The notes below the pieces were generated by a model, which was given only the letters and a program-made list of their open reading frames with translations, did not search any database and was not told the DNA's origin. The translations under genes and the position numbers were made by a program. Below are positions 1 through 12,356 of a stretch of DNA of 64,000 nt, in pieces (positions within the stretch are counted from its first letter, which is position 1; each line of letters begins with the position of its first letter). Source of the DNA: Malacoraja senta (taxonomy: Eukaryota); NCBI GenBank assembly GCA_038087875.1, contig CM075995.1, positions 2,048,001 through 2,112,000 on the forward strand, in the 5' to 3' direction.

Positions 1-169
1 CCTAGGCACACGTTCAGTCATGGACGAGGCCATGAAATCTGAAACTGAAATATCACACACTCCTGCAAATGCACCAAAATCAACAAATATATATATTTTC
101 TGTAGCTAATTGCAAGATTTGCAATCTCAGCTGCTCCAGGCAATCTTTACATACTTGTATTATAGTGGA

Positions 170-304
170 TTGATGCAGAATATTAAGATGCATGGGATTC
201 ACGGTGACTTGGTGGTTTGGATTCGGAACTGGCTTACCCATAAGGGTTGTGATGGGTGGGTGTTATTCTGGCTGGTGTTCTGAGATAGGGCCCCTGTTGT
301 TTCT

Positions 305-344
<40 letters not shown>

Positions 345-880
345 TTAGACTTAAATGTATATGGGTTGGTTGGTAAGTTATCAGACAATGCTAACATTTG
401 TGGAACTGTGGGCAGTGAGGAAGACTGTCAAAGGATAACAGCACGATTTAGATCAGCTACAGATATGGGTGGAAAAACAGCAGATGGGCTTTAATCCTAG
501 CAAGTGTGAGGTGATGCACTTTTGTAAGTCAAATTTAAGGAGAAAGTAAACAGTTAATGGTTAGACACTTCACAACATTGCTGTACAGAGGGATCTCAGA
601 GTCTCTGAGATTGGCAGCACAGGTAGATAGAGTGGAAGGGAAAGCATATGGTCTGCTTGCCTTCCGGGGTCAAAACATTGAGTATAAGAGTCAGGAAATC
701 TGTAGGAAGATCATTAAGCTGGAAAGGGTGCAGAGATTTACTGGCTCTCAATCAAAGGCCTGAGCTAAAGGGAGGGATTGGGTTGCCTATTCCTTGGAAG
801 GTAGGAGTCTGAGGGGTGATCTTACAGAGGTATATAAAATCATGAGAGGAATAGATAGGGTTAATGCACAGAATCTTTGA
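170..880 (+). mobile_element. Decayed CR1/HER1-type LINE ORF2 fragment (RT and C-terminus)
   Basis: Frameshifted CR1-like peptides (HGIHGD.V.WI.NWL, FNPSKCEVMH, KLERVQR, RGDL.EVYKIMRG); (TA)n inside. Confidence 0.8.
308..341. repeat. (TA)n microsatellite
   Basis: Directly visible. Confidence 0.95.
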
Positions 881-2063
881 GCAAGGGAACCGAGACTTGA
901 GCTAAACTGGTAAGAAAATTAAACTTGATCTTGCAAGATAGAGAATCATGACATGATAGACAATCAACCCATAATTATAATGGAGCCTTTGGTACCCATT
1001 TTATGTGGTATTACTTAAGATTCCCTCATCACTCAAATGTGTCCCAAACTTCCAAAATTCTATTTCTGCACTTTCTTCCAGCTTACACAATCAAATATCT
1101 TACGCTATTAAATTTAAATAGCTGTTAGATCTCCTTTCATTTTTCTATTCTAGGCTTTAAAATTTCCTTGTATTTTTTTGTTTTGCCCAATGATACCAAG
1201 ATGATTTTGAAGTATGTTGAATTATTGAAATATTAACATTTGAACTCTGCTGCACCTGCTTTGAGGGTGGAATTTGATGTCCATACATTGCTATATTAGT
1301 GCATGACAGGCGATAAGTTTCTACCCCATCTACATTTTAAACAGCCAGCTAAGCCACAATACAGAGGGAGCCTTATTGAAACATACCGAACAGTGAAAGG
1401 CTTGGATAGAGTTGACTGTGGACTAGAGGTCACAGCCTTAGAATGAAAGGACGTTCCTTTAGGATGTAGATGAGGAAGAATTTCTTTAGTCGGAGGGTGG
1501 TGAATCTGTGCAAATCATTGGCACAGAAGGCTGTAGAGGCCAAGTCTTGATGGGCCGAATGGCCTAATTCTGCTCCTATCACTTAATACTTTATGACCAA
1601 CTAGATATCTCCCTATGGGTGCAGTTCGACCAGATGAAAGGAACACCCTCTTCCCTAGCAGAAAATATTTTCTTGAGTTTCCTCTTCCCCCTACCAAAAA
1701 GGTCCTTTTCTTTCCACCCCAGCCAAATTCCTGTCTTCATTTCCCCATTTTTAATTCAAAATAAATGCTTAGTTCTCCTTGTGCCGAAGCCAGGCGACTC
1801 CCAGAAGAGGATCTGCTATTATCCACTGCAATGTTTTCACTCTTTCAAATCTTTAGTTCAGCAACAGCATTTCTTACAATGCTGTCTTTGATCTCCTTGC
1901 AGACCTGTCGTAGACTTTATCTTGTACTAAATGTTGCTTTCTTTATCTGTACAATGTGGACGGCTTGATTGTTATAACGTATAGTCTTTTCTTTGACAGC
2001 ATGCAAACGAAAGCATTTCACTGTATCTCGATGCACAATGCAATAATAAACCAAACTAAACTA

Positions 2064-2390
2064 GGGCAGCACGATGGTGCAGCGATAGAGATGCTGCTTT
2101 ACAGCGTCAGGGACCCGGTTTCGATCCTGACTACGGGTGAGTGCTTGTCTGTACAGAGTTTGTACGTTCTCCCCGTGGCCCGCGTGGGTTTTCTCCGGCA
2201 TCTCCGGTTTCCTACCACATTCCAAAGACATACAGGATTGTAGGTTAATTGGCTTGGTATCATTGTAAATTGTCACTAGTGTATGTAGGATGTATGTATG
2301 TGCTAGTGCGCAGGGATTGCTTTTCGGCACAAACTCGGTGGGCCGAAGGGCCTGTTTCTGCGTTGTATCTCTAAACTAAACCAACCTAAA
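2064..2390 (+). mobile_element. tRNA-derived V-SINE (HE1-like), full length
   Basis: A-box-like TGGTGCAGCGA, B-box-like GTTTCGATCC, V-domain GAGTTTGTACGTTCTCCCCGTG..GGGTTTTCTCCGG, tail GGGCCGAAGGGCCTGTTTC..TGTATCT(CTAAA)n; ~19 copies in window. Confidence 0.9.
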
Positions 2391-2770
2391 TTAGCCATGA
2401 GGGTCTTATTCAATTTTATTCCCATCCACAAAATGATATCCTGGGTTGATGCACTTTTAAATTTTCCTCCTGAGATGTCCCTTTTTGACATTCACTGCCC
2501 ACCATCTTTCCACATTTCCCCATTACCACCTCCATTTCCGCAATCTCTGATCATTTATCAAGTTTTTCCCTTCTGTTTCATCTGCGTATCTCCCCAATAT
2601 TTTACCACACATTATCATCCTCACACATTTCAGAAATTTATGGAAAGGAGAAAAGCTGCACCACACACATGAACTTTATTGTAAGTCTGACTGATGGTGC
2701 ATCTAGCCTATCAGTAGTCAGAGGTATTACTGCCCTTAAAATACAATAAATGTTGCTTGTATTCTTTTAT

Positions 2771-3068
2771 GACTTTAGACTTTAGAGATACAACGCAGAA
2801 ACAGTTCCTTTGGCCCAACGAGTCCGCGCCGACCAGCAATCACCCCGCACACTAGCACTATCCTACACACTAAGGACAATGTACAATTCTGTTGAAGCCA
2901 ATTAACCTACAAGCCTGTACGTATTTGGAATGTGGGAGAAATCTGGAGCACCTGGAGAGAACCCACGCGGTCACAGGGTGAATGTACAAACTCCGTAAAG
3001 ACATCACCCGTAGCTAGGATCTGGCGCTATACGTCAGCAACTCTATTGTTATGCCACAGTTCCGCCCC
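2771..3068 (-). mobile_element. HE1-like V-SINE
   Basis: Reverse complement matches copy at 2064. Confidence 0.88.
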
Positions 3069-3789
3069 TGTTTAGACATTAAGAACTTTGATTACATTAG
3101 TAAGAGGAAACTGGGAAGATATAGTCCAACTTTGATTAGTTTGTATGCCTCTTTACAAGAAAATTAATCCTTTGTAGAACTTGCTTGAAATGAAATAGAA
3201 AAACTGAAAATGTTCAGAAAATGAGCAGTATTGCCGCGTTCTACAGATTTACAATGCTCAGTGCACAGTGCTTCAATCATTTTTGTGCTTATCAAAATAT
3301 TTCCAGAATTAAGTTTGCAGTCGGCTTCTGTTAAAATTGCTGTGAGCAGGAATTGAAGAATCTCTGTTCGTTTTGATTGCCTGTGTGTAGACACCACAAG
3401 ATACTGTTTTGAAATGTTGATGAGATATATTATTACACAGACAATGTCAGCCAGTGGTTTCAATTGCAATTTTGAGATTTAGGAATACACACAATTGATT
3501 ACGTGAATAATTCTTTATGCCTTTTTAACAATGCTTGAGCAATAATTGAATTGCACAAGATGCCAAACCCACCATTATTTTTCATCTGTGGAAGTTTAAA
3601 AAAACAAAATAATTCATTTAAAAACTCCCTAAAAAGCAAGAAGAGAGTAGATCTAAAATATACTGAAACTAAAGAGTTTTCTCGTGAGCCTGTAATCTGT
3701 TATCTAATCTCTGCATGGATATTTATCAAAAGCTGTTTCCACTCTATGCAGCTTTTGATGGATATCCCTGCAGAGATCAGATCACAAGG

Positions 3790-4275
3790 TGTGGACCTTA
3801 CGGTTCTGACCCCGGTGGCTTGGCAACCCCCCAGTCCCGGAGAGAACGCTGCCGAGCCCGGCCCTGCTCGCGCTGTGGACTAGGAATCGGAGAGGAGGTG
3901 GTGGTAGACGGCGGTAGACGCTGGACAAAGGGCCCGGTGAGAGGAACCGGGGGGGGGGGGGGTCTTACGTTCCGCGCCCTCGAGGTCAGCTGCGGGGGGA
4001 ACAAGGGGTGAAGAGAGCCAGCGAGGAGTTGGACATCGGGTCGCGGGACCACCGGGATGGAGACGACGGATGCAACGGGCCATTGTGGCCAGCTAAAGCT
4101 GGGACTGTAAAATGGCGCCAAAATAGCGACATTTGCATAAGGACTGTTCTGTACATTCTGTACTAACCTGGGGATTATGCTTATGTATGGTGATAGTCTT
4201 GCTGTGCTGTATGCAAAACAAGTATTTCACTGTACCTGGTACACATGATAATAATGACCACCATTGAACCATTGA
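3790..4275 (+). mobile_element. GC-rich non-coding element with Rex1/Babar-type 3' tail
   Basis: CpG-rich body, AAAATGGCGCC, ends ATTTCACTGTACC..ACATGATAATAA like the tails of in-window Rex1 fragments. Confidence 0.5.
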
Positions 4276-4318
4276 AAAGCTAAAATGTAAAAAGTGTAGA
4301 AACAAAGAACTGCAGATG

Positions 4319-4870
4319 TGTTGGAAAAAACTGTAGATGCTGGTTTAAATCGAAGATACACACAAAATGCTGGAGTAACTCAGCGGGACAGGCAGCTTCT
4401 CTGGAGAGAAGGAATGGGAGATGTTTCGGGTCGAGACCCTTCTTCAGCCTGATGTCAGAGGAGTGGGCGGTACAGAGATAAAATGTAGTCGGAGACAGTA
4501 AGACTGGTCGGAGAACTGGGAAGGGGGAGGGGATGGAGAGAGTGGGAAAGCTAAGGCTATTTTAAGTTAGAGAAGTCAATGTTCATACCGCTGGGGTGTA
4601 AGCTACCCAAGCAAAATATGATTTGCTATTCCTCCAATTTGCGCTGGGCCTCACTCTGACAATGGAGGAGGCCCAGGACAGAAAGGTCAGTGCAGGGAAT
4701 GGGACAGGGAGTTAAAGTGTTGAGCAACCGGGAGATCAAGTAGGTTTAGGCGGATTGAGTGGAAGAGTTCAGCAAAACGATCACCAAGCCTGCCCTTGGT
4801 CTCGCCGATGTACAGGAGTCCACACCTGGAACAGCGGATACAGTAGATGAGGTTGGAGGAGGTGCAAGTG
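4319..4870 (-). mobile_element. Penelope-like element 3' part: GIY-YIG endonuclease remnant plus terminal repeat with hammerhead-like motif
   Basis: Peptide FTCTSSNLIYCIRCSRCGLLYIGETKGRLGDRFAE..PVAQHFNS; minus-strand CTGAAGAAGGGTCTCGACCCGAAAC at ~4423-4447. Confidence 0.9.
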
Positions 4871-5503
4871 AACAAGAACTGCAGATGTTGGTTTACACAA
4901 AAGGACTTAATGCTAGAGTAACTCAACGGATCAGGCAGTGACGTTTCTGGTTGAGACTCTTCCGGTTGCTTCCAGCTTGCTTGATTTAATGGGGAGAGTT
5001 TGGAAGTGGGATCCACTCAATACAGTTAGTGAACAGTGACAGATCATGGAATGAACCTCTGTTGAAAGTATATTGACCATAGCTCCACCTCTGTGTTATT
5101 TGTCTATTGGATAAAAACATGCTGTTTCACAATATTTACAAAATCAGAACTCTGGAGTTAAAAAAAAGGAACTTCAGATATTCCAATACTGTGGCCGAGG
5201 CCAATATTTATGGATAGCAGAGGCCTATTACTGACATACAACTATAGCAGGGATCTGTGGAGATTATATGTAATGCTGACAAAATACAGGCCAATTAATT
5301 TAACAGCAATTAACGGCATGAAGTTAATCACTTAGGAAAACTGAATATAATTAAACTTAGTTAACATGGTTTTGTGAAAGTTAAATCATGTTTGACAAAT
5401 TTGTTCATATTCTTTGAGGATGTGACAGGGAGAGATAATAGATGGGAACTTGTAGATGCTTTGGTCACCATGTTATAGGAAAGATGTTATCAAGAATGAA
5501 AGG

Positions 5504-5859
5504 TCCTAAGGTCATAAGTGATAGGATCAGAATTAGGTCATTCAGCCCATCAAGTCTGATCAAGTCCCATCATGGCTGATCTATCGTATCCTCCTAACCC
5601 CATTCTCCTGCCTTCTCCCCATAACCCCTGACACCTGTACTAATCAAGAATCTATCTATCTCTGCCTTAAAAATATCCATTGACTTGGCCTCCACAGACC
5701 TCAGTGGAAAAGAATTCCAGATTCACCACCCTCTGACTAAATTTCTCCTCATCTCCTTCCTAAAGGATTGTTCTTTAATTCTGAGGCTATGTCCTCTGGT
5801 CATAGACTCTCCCACTAGTGAAAACATACACTATATCCAAGCCTTTCACTATTCGGTTC
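5504..5859 (-). mobile_element. CR1 3' fragment nested in another CR1
   Basis: Flanked by AATGAAAGG at 5495-5503 and 5860-5868. Confidence 0.8.
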
Positions 5860-6347
5860 AATGAAAGGGTTCAGAGAAGATTTACCAGAATGTTGCTAGG
5901 ACTTGTGGGACTAAGCTATGCAGAAAGGTTGAGCAGGCTAGGATTATATTCCTTGGAGCGCAGGAGGATGAGGGGTGATCTTATTGTGGTGTACAAAATA
6001 ATGAGTGGAATTGATCGGGTAAAAACACAGAATATTTGGTCCAGAGTAAGGGAATCGAGAAGCAGAGTATATAGGTTTAAGGTAAGGGCGGAAAGATTTA
6101 ATGAGAACCTGAAGGGTAACCTTTTTACACAAAGGGTGGTGGGTGTAAGGAACAAGCCGTTGGAGGAGGTAGTTGAGGCAGGTACTATTGCAACGTTTAA
6201 GAAACATTTAGACAGGATAGGATAGGTTTGGAGGGATACGGGCCAAACGCAGGCAGATGGGGCTAGTATAGATGACATATGTAGGTAGGCGTTGGCAAGT
6301 TGGACAGAAGGGCCTATTTCCAGACTGTATAACTCTATAAATCTATG
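5860..6347 (+). mobile_element. CR1/HER1 LINE 3' end
   Basis: ERVQRRFTRM..SYAERLSRLGLYSLERRRMRGDLI..FKKHLDR; 3' UTR ends in the SINE-shared GGGCCT.TTTCC..CTGTAT tail. Confidence 0.92.
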
Positions 6348-6349
6348 TG

Positions 6350-7485
6350 GTCTATTTAGATTTCCAAAAAGCATTTGACAAGGTGCCACATAAGAGGCTG
6401 GTTCATAAATTAAACCCCAGGGTGCCAAACGAAGTGTGTTAGAATGGATTGAAAATTGGCACACCGAAAACAGAGAAGGAATAAATTGATTATTTTCAGA
6501 CTGGAAGGAGGTAACCACTGCAGTACTGAAGAAGTCAGGTCTTAGCCCTCAATTGTTCACTATTTATTTTAATTAGGAAGGAATAATATGAAAGGTTCCC
6601 AAATTTGCTTGATATGGAAATAGGAGAAGGGACATGCTGTGATAACAAAGTTGTGATTTTGCAGCAGCATGTAGCTGGATTGAGTGATTCTGAGAAAATC
6701 TGACCAATAGAGTTTATTGTGTGTTCCTTCACTTTGGTAAGAAGAATATTAGAGAGACTGCAAAGGAATGAAGTTCAGAGGGGTCTAAGTGTTCTGATGC
6801 ATGAATCATAAAAAAACTAGCAGGCGGGCCCAACTATAAAATCATGAGAGAAACAGATCGGGGAGATGCATAGAGTCTCGTACCCAGGGGAATCAAGAAC
6901 CAGAGGACATAGGTTTAAGGTGAGGGGGGAAAGATTTAATAGGAACCTGAGGGGCAAAGGGTGGTGCATGTATGGAACGAGCTGCTGGAGGAGGTAGTTG
7001 AGGCAGGTACTATTGCAGCATTTAAGAAACATTTAGACAGGTACATGGATAGGACAGGTTTAGAGAGATATGGGCCAAACGCAGGCAGATGGGACTAGTG
7101 TAGATAGGACATGTTGGCCGCTGTGGACAAGTTGGGCCCAAGGGCCAGTTTCAACACTAAGACTATGACTGAGATAACAGCATGTTGGCCATCAGTTCCA
7201 AGGGGCTAGTGTTGACAAATTAGGGAGGTTTTGCTGCAATTGTAAGGCTGTTGGTGAGGCCTCAACGGGTATACTGTATTAAGTGTTGGTTCCCTTACCA
7301 AAAAATAGATATCGTAACATTGGAGGCAGCACAGCGGAGATTCACCAGGCTAATTCTGCGATGTGAGAGTTATCCTCTCAATAAACACTAAACAGTTTGG
7401 GTGTGTAAATCTTGGAATTTAGAAGAATGAAGAGTGACCTTATTCAAATATATAAGGTCCTAAGGAGGATTGACAGGGTAGATGT
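6350..7485 (+). mobile_element. Old CR1 RT remnant interrupted by a younger CR1 3' end (~6835-7170)
   Basis: YLDFQKAFDKVPHKRL at ~6353; later LEFRRMKSDLIQIYK. Confidence 0.75.
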
Positions 7486-8171
7486 TCAGTTTAGTTTAGT
7501 TTAGTCTCACATTTACCGATTAACAGTGCTTTTGTAAATGATCCCCTTACTCTTTCTACGGCCTTCAAATCAATGAAAATCCTATTGCTTAAAGAATTCA
7601 CCGCACAATGTTTGCAAGAGTGAAATGATGAAGTGACTTTGAATCTGAGCTTAATGCAATTCCATAAAGTGCTGCTCAATTTTATCTCCTTTCCCTGGCA
7701 AGATTTCTGATCCCAGAGGAATCTGTATTGGAGGCATTAATTTAATTTTGTTTCAATTAATTCAAAATCAGCTCAATGCCATATCCTAATGATGTGAGCA
7801 GAGGTGCTAATGTGCCAAACCTAATGATATTGTACTTGGCAAGCTCCCAACCCATCCAAGCCCACCTCCATTAAAATGAAAAGGCTTCAGATCAATTGAA
7901 ATTAATTCCCTCCTGAACTGAATTCTTGGGGTTAAGGTTTCTTTACCTGAAAGGCATGAAAAAAAATCAAAGGAAACAAAATTTTGCTCAGTGTTAGAAG
8001 ATGATACTTGCTAAAATGTTTCCTTGATGTTGCATTGAGAAAACTTTCAAGTCCAAGTTAAACACACAGTTTGCCAACTCTCAAAGTTTTTAACAAGTTC
8101 GAACCCAGACAAAATGCATGATCTGGATCACAAACATCAAAGAACCAATGTAAACCTCTTAAAGAAATGAC

Positions 8172-8675
8172 TCAGTCATAGTCATCGAGACATACAGTGC
8201 GGAAACAGGCCCTTTTTCCCCAACTTGCCCACGCCGACCAACATGTCCCATCCTCACTAGTTCCACGCCTGCATTTGCCCCATGTTCCTCTAAATCTGTC
8301 CTATCCATGTACCTGTCTAATTGCTTCGTAAACATTGCGATAGTTCCTGCCTCAACTACTTCCTCCGGCAGCTCGTTCCATATAACCACCACCCTTTGTA
8401 CAAAAAAGTTACCCTTCAGATCTTAAACCTATGCCCTCTGGTTCTCGGGTCCCCTACAATGGGCAAGAGACTCTGTGCATCAACCCAGTCTATTCCTCTG
8501 ATGATTTTATACACCTCCATAAGATCACCCCTCATCCTCCTGCGCTCCAAGGAATAGAGTCCAAGCCGGCTCAATCTCTCCCTGCAGTTCAGACTCACAA
8601 GTCCTGGCAACAATCTTGGAAATCTTCTCTGCACCCTTCCAACTTAACAGCATCTTTCCTATAACATGGTGCCCA
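8172..8675 (-). mobile_element. CR1/HER1 LINE 3' end
   Basis: ORFs 8416-8634 and 8159-8392: ERLSRLGLYSLERRRMRGDL..WNELPEEVVEAGT. Confidence 0.92.
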
Positions 8676-8929
8676 GATCTGACTTGATGAAACTGTGGAA
8701 GAATGTTCATACCCCTATAATGCTTAATCCTTTGAGGTAGTCCATCCGTGGTTGGGCCTGAGGAACACATCCAGCAACTACCACTTTCTTGTCTTGTTCT
8801 TGAGCTTTTCTGAAATGATTACAAGAAGAAGCAGAGTTAGTTATATTTTGCAAAGGTGTAAAACTGCAATTTCCACATTAGCACGTCTATTTATCCATCT
8901 ATCCAATCAAGTCCATAGCTTCCTGAAAG

Positions 8930-9180
8930 TGGCAACACAACAGTGGTAGAGTTGCTGCCTTACAGCACCAGAGACCCGGGTTCGATCCTGACCAGGGGTA
9001 ATGTCTGTACCCGTGACCTGCTTGGATTGCCTCCCATACTCCAAGGACTTACAGGTTTGAAGGTTAATCAGCTTCAGTAAAATTGTAATAGTCCCTATAG
9101 TGTGCAGGATAGTGTTAGTGCGCGGGTTCACTGGTTGGTGCGGACTCGATGGGCCGAAGGGCCTGTTTCCGCGCTGTATC
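8930..9180 (+). mobile_element. HE1-like V-SINE with its tail interrupted by a DNA transposon
   Basis: A/B boxes and tail GGGCCGAAGGGCCTGTTTCCGCGCTGTATC. Confidence 0.85.
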
Positions 9181-10074
9181 CAGAGCTGCCAAGTTTTTTC
9201 AGAGCATGTCAGTATTCTAGTACCTGAAAATCAGTATTTTGCTGAGGAAATCAGTATTTTTACGCACAGCCATATTGCTGAAAAAAGTGTTAGTTTTTAC
9301 GTGTGGTCCTACCCATGTAAGAGTACAAGAATGCATAACTTTGCTACCATTTGACATGTCTTCCACGCACCTTACTTGACAGTGCATTCATTGCCATCTC
9401 TTTGTTTACTGCTGTTTGAACGTTTGCTTCCTGCTTTTAGCACCAGATGATGATGTAGAAGCCATTTTGGAAGCCTCCCTCTCCCTCCCTCGCTCTCTCT
9501 CCCTCCTTCCTCTCTTTCCCTCCCTCCCACCCTCCCTCCCTCTCTCTCTCCCACCCTCGCTCTCTCATCCTCCCTCTCTCCTTCCTTTTTTTCTCCCTCC
9601 CTCTCTTATTCCCTCCCTCTTATTCCCTCCCTCCTTCTCTCTCTCCCTCCCCTAACAGTCTGTGATCCATAGTGCTGTGGCCATAGCGCTACTTGTAAAG
9701 CCCATAGCGCTATGTGTAAAGGCAACAGCGCTCCAGCTGGGAGCGCTATTTTTAGAACCCATAGTGTTGTTCGATGAAATTCCCAAGCGTTAAACTGACA
9801 GCGCTGTTTAAACCTGTAGCGGGACAGGCAGATCAAAGGTTACAAAAATTATCATCCAGATCTTGAAATTTAAAGTACTAATAGATTTAATCTGCTATAA
9901 TTTTTAGAGGTACAGTATAACTTTTATATCCTTGCATTTTTTATGCAACAAGATGAAACAGGAAGTCGAGCTGATTTTTTAAATATCCGTATTTTACAAA
10001 GCAAATCCGTACATCCGTATTCTGATCGCATTTCCGTACAAAATACGAAAAATCCTTACTACTTGACAGCTCTG
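9181..10074. mobile_element. Non-autonomous hAT-like DNA transposon
   Basis: 14 bp TIR CAGAGCTGCCAAGT / ACTTGACAGCTCTG (13/14 match); TGTATC on both flanks; subterminal TCAGTA and TCCGTA repeats; CT-rich tract 9474-9652. Confidence 0.8.
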
Positions 10075-10104
10075 TGTATCTAACAAAAATAAACTAGATA
10101 AGAG

Positions 10105-10580
10105 TGGGGAAGAAAACGCTTCAGTATGCTTGTCTTCATCGAACGGCCTTTGAGTATAAGAGTCAGGAAATCATGATGCAGCTTCAGAGGGCATTGAAGA
10201 GGCCTAATTTGGAGTATTGAGTGCAGTTCTGGTTGCCTCGTTACAGGAAGAATGTGGTGGCTTTGGAAGGGGTGCAGAGGAGATTTACCAGAATAATACC
10301 TGGGTTAGGGGCTATTAGCTACAGGGAGGGGCTGGACAGGCTTGGGTTGTTTTCTCTGGAACTTCGGAGATTGCGGGGAGACCGGTTAGAAGTATATAAA
10401 ATTATGAGAGGCAAATATAGGGCAGGCAATCAGAACCTTATTCCCAGGATGGAAAAATCAAATACTAGAGAGCATAGCATTAAGGTGAGAGGGGCAATGT
10501 TTAATGATAATGTTTTATTTACACAATGGGTGGTGATGGAGGCAGCTACAATAATGGCATTTAAGAGACTTTTGAATTGA
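10105..10580 (+). mobile_element. CR1 ORF2 C-terminal fragment
   Basis: VQFWLP.YRK..ALEGVQRRFTR..LDRLGLFSLE.RRLRGD. Confidence 0.9.
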
Positions 10581-10744
10581 AACATGCCCGTCAAGTCCAC
10601 AGTGTGTAAAATAAATAGAAAGTCAGCACATGCAGACTCAGATGCACTAATTCTGCTTCAACCCCAGTGATTCGAGAATAACTCTAAGCAAATTGACAAG
10701 TTGAGCCAAAGGGCCTGTTTATGTGCTTTATGAATCTATGACTG

Positions 10745-11060
10745 AGGCAGCACAGAGTTCCACCTGGTAGAGCTGCTGCCTCACAGTGCCAGAGACCCAG
10801 GATTAATCCCGACCTCGGATATCCATTGCTGTTCTCCCTGTGGCTGCATGGGATTTCCCCGGGCTTTCTGGTTCCCTCCCACATCCAATAGACATGTTAA
10901 TTGGCCTCTGTAAAAAAAAAATCCCCTTGTGTAGGGAGTGGATGAGAACGTGGGATAACATAGAACTAGCAAGAACGGGTGATCAATAGTCGGCGTGGAC
11001 TTGGTAGGTAGATGGGCCCATTTCCATGCTGCATCTCTTAAACTAAACTAAAACTAAAAC
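10745..11060 (+). mobile_element. HE1-like V-SINE (variant subfamily)
   Basis: tRNA-like head, partial V-domain, (CTAAA)n tail. Confidence 0.8.
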
Positions 11061-11385
11061 TTCAGTGCAATAATAAGCTCAGTACTTTTGGAAGTGTCAC
11101 CTCAATGAACCATTAAACTCAGGCCCTCATTGCACCCTTACGTAGATATTGGGGCACCATAGTTTGACTGAAAGATAGCAAAGGAGTTCACCCATAGTAA
11201 AGCACAACATTTACCTCTGAACTAACATACAAAATGAATCAATTAGTAATTTATCTCATTGTTGATTATAGGATCCTGAAGTGCACAAATTGGCTGCTTC
11301 TTTCCCAGAGTTGTAGCCTTGACTACCGTCAACACTTTGGAAGATCTTCAGCTCACTAAGATGTGTGATCGTGATGCAAACCTCT

Positions 11386-11660
11386 TAGTTTAGTTTAGTG
11401 TAGAGATACAGCACGGAAACAGGCCCTTCGGCCCACCTAGTCCACGCTGACCAGCATTATACTACACACTTGGGTCAATTTACAATCTTTACCAAAGCCA
11501 ATTAACCTACAAACCCGTATCTCTTTGGAGTGCTGGAGGAATTTGGAGCGCCCAGGGAAAATCCACGCAGTCACAGGGAGAACGTAGACAGCACCCGTAG
11601 ACTGGTTCGAACCTGGGTCTCTGGCGCTGTAAGGCACCAGGTTGCACCATTGTGCTGTCC
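11386..11660 (-). mobile_element. HE1-like V-SINE
   Basis: (TTTAG)n then reverse complement of SINE body. Confidence 0.87.
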
Positions 11661-12125
11661 TTTTGTTGAATAGATCCTCACCAAAACATACACAAGCTAT
11701 GTGTACATACGACAATTGGATAAATTCAAAAACTTCAGACCAGTCTTAAGTGAAAGTGATACAATCAACAAAGCTTAAGAGGGACAGTTTTTTTTTGTTG
11801 CCAACTAGCATATTTCAGTTACACAAATAAAACACAAAATATTGTGAATGTCAACACAGTGAGAGCAGCAATGGATATTTTCACAGAGTTTGCCAAGAAC
11901 AGCCAATTATTCAGTTTACTCTGAACACAAAATTAATTCTAACTGGACGAAACTGATAAAAACTAGAAAACTAACAACAAAGCAGAAAATTCTGGGAATA
12001 CACATCTATTAGCATATCTATGGAAAGGAATATACACATTTCGGATGACAGCTTTTGTTAGAAATGGACAGAAGGATAAACTGAACCTATAATAGAACTA
12101 AGTAATAAATGGATGTAAGATATAA

Positions 12126-12351
12126 GAAGATAGACACAAAATGCTGGAGTAACTCAGCGGGAGAGGGAGCATCTCTGGATAGAAGGAATGGGTGACGTTT
12201 CGGGTCGAGACCCTTCAATCAGTTTGAGGAAGGGTCACGACCTGAGATGTCACCTATCCATGTTCTCCTGGGATGCTGCCTGACCCTCTAAGCTACTCCA
12301 GCACTTTGTGTCTTATTTTATAAACCAGCATCTGTAGTTCCTTGTTTCATC
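12126..12351. mobile_element. Palindromic Penelope-derived mini-element
   Basis: Inverted arms GACACAAAATGCTGGAGTAACTCAG.. / ..CTCCAGCACTTTGTGTC around two degenerate hammerhead motifs; AGATATAA on both flanks. Confidence 0.8.
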
Positions 12352-12356
12352 AGATA

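Noticed and set aside
3164..3469. 101 aa ORF in unique sequence (also the short ORFs near 29830 and 34147)
   Set aside because: No recognisable homology or consistent splice structure; length is compatible with chance.
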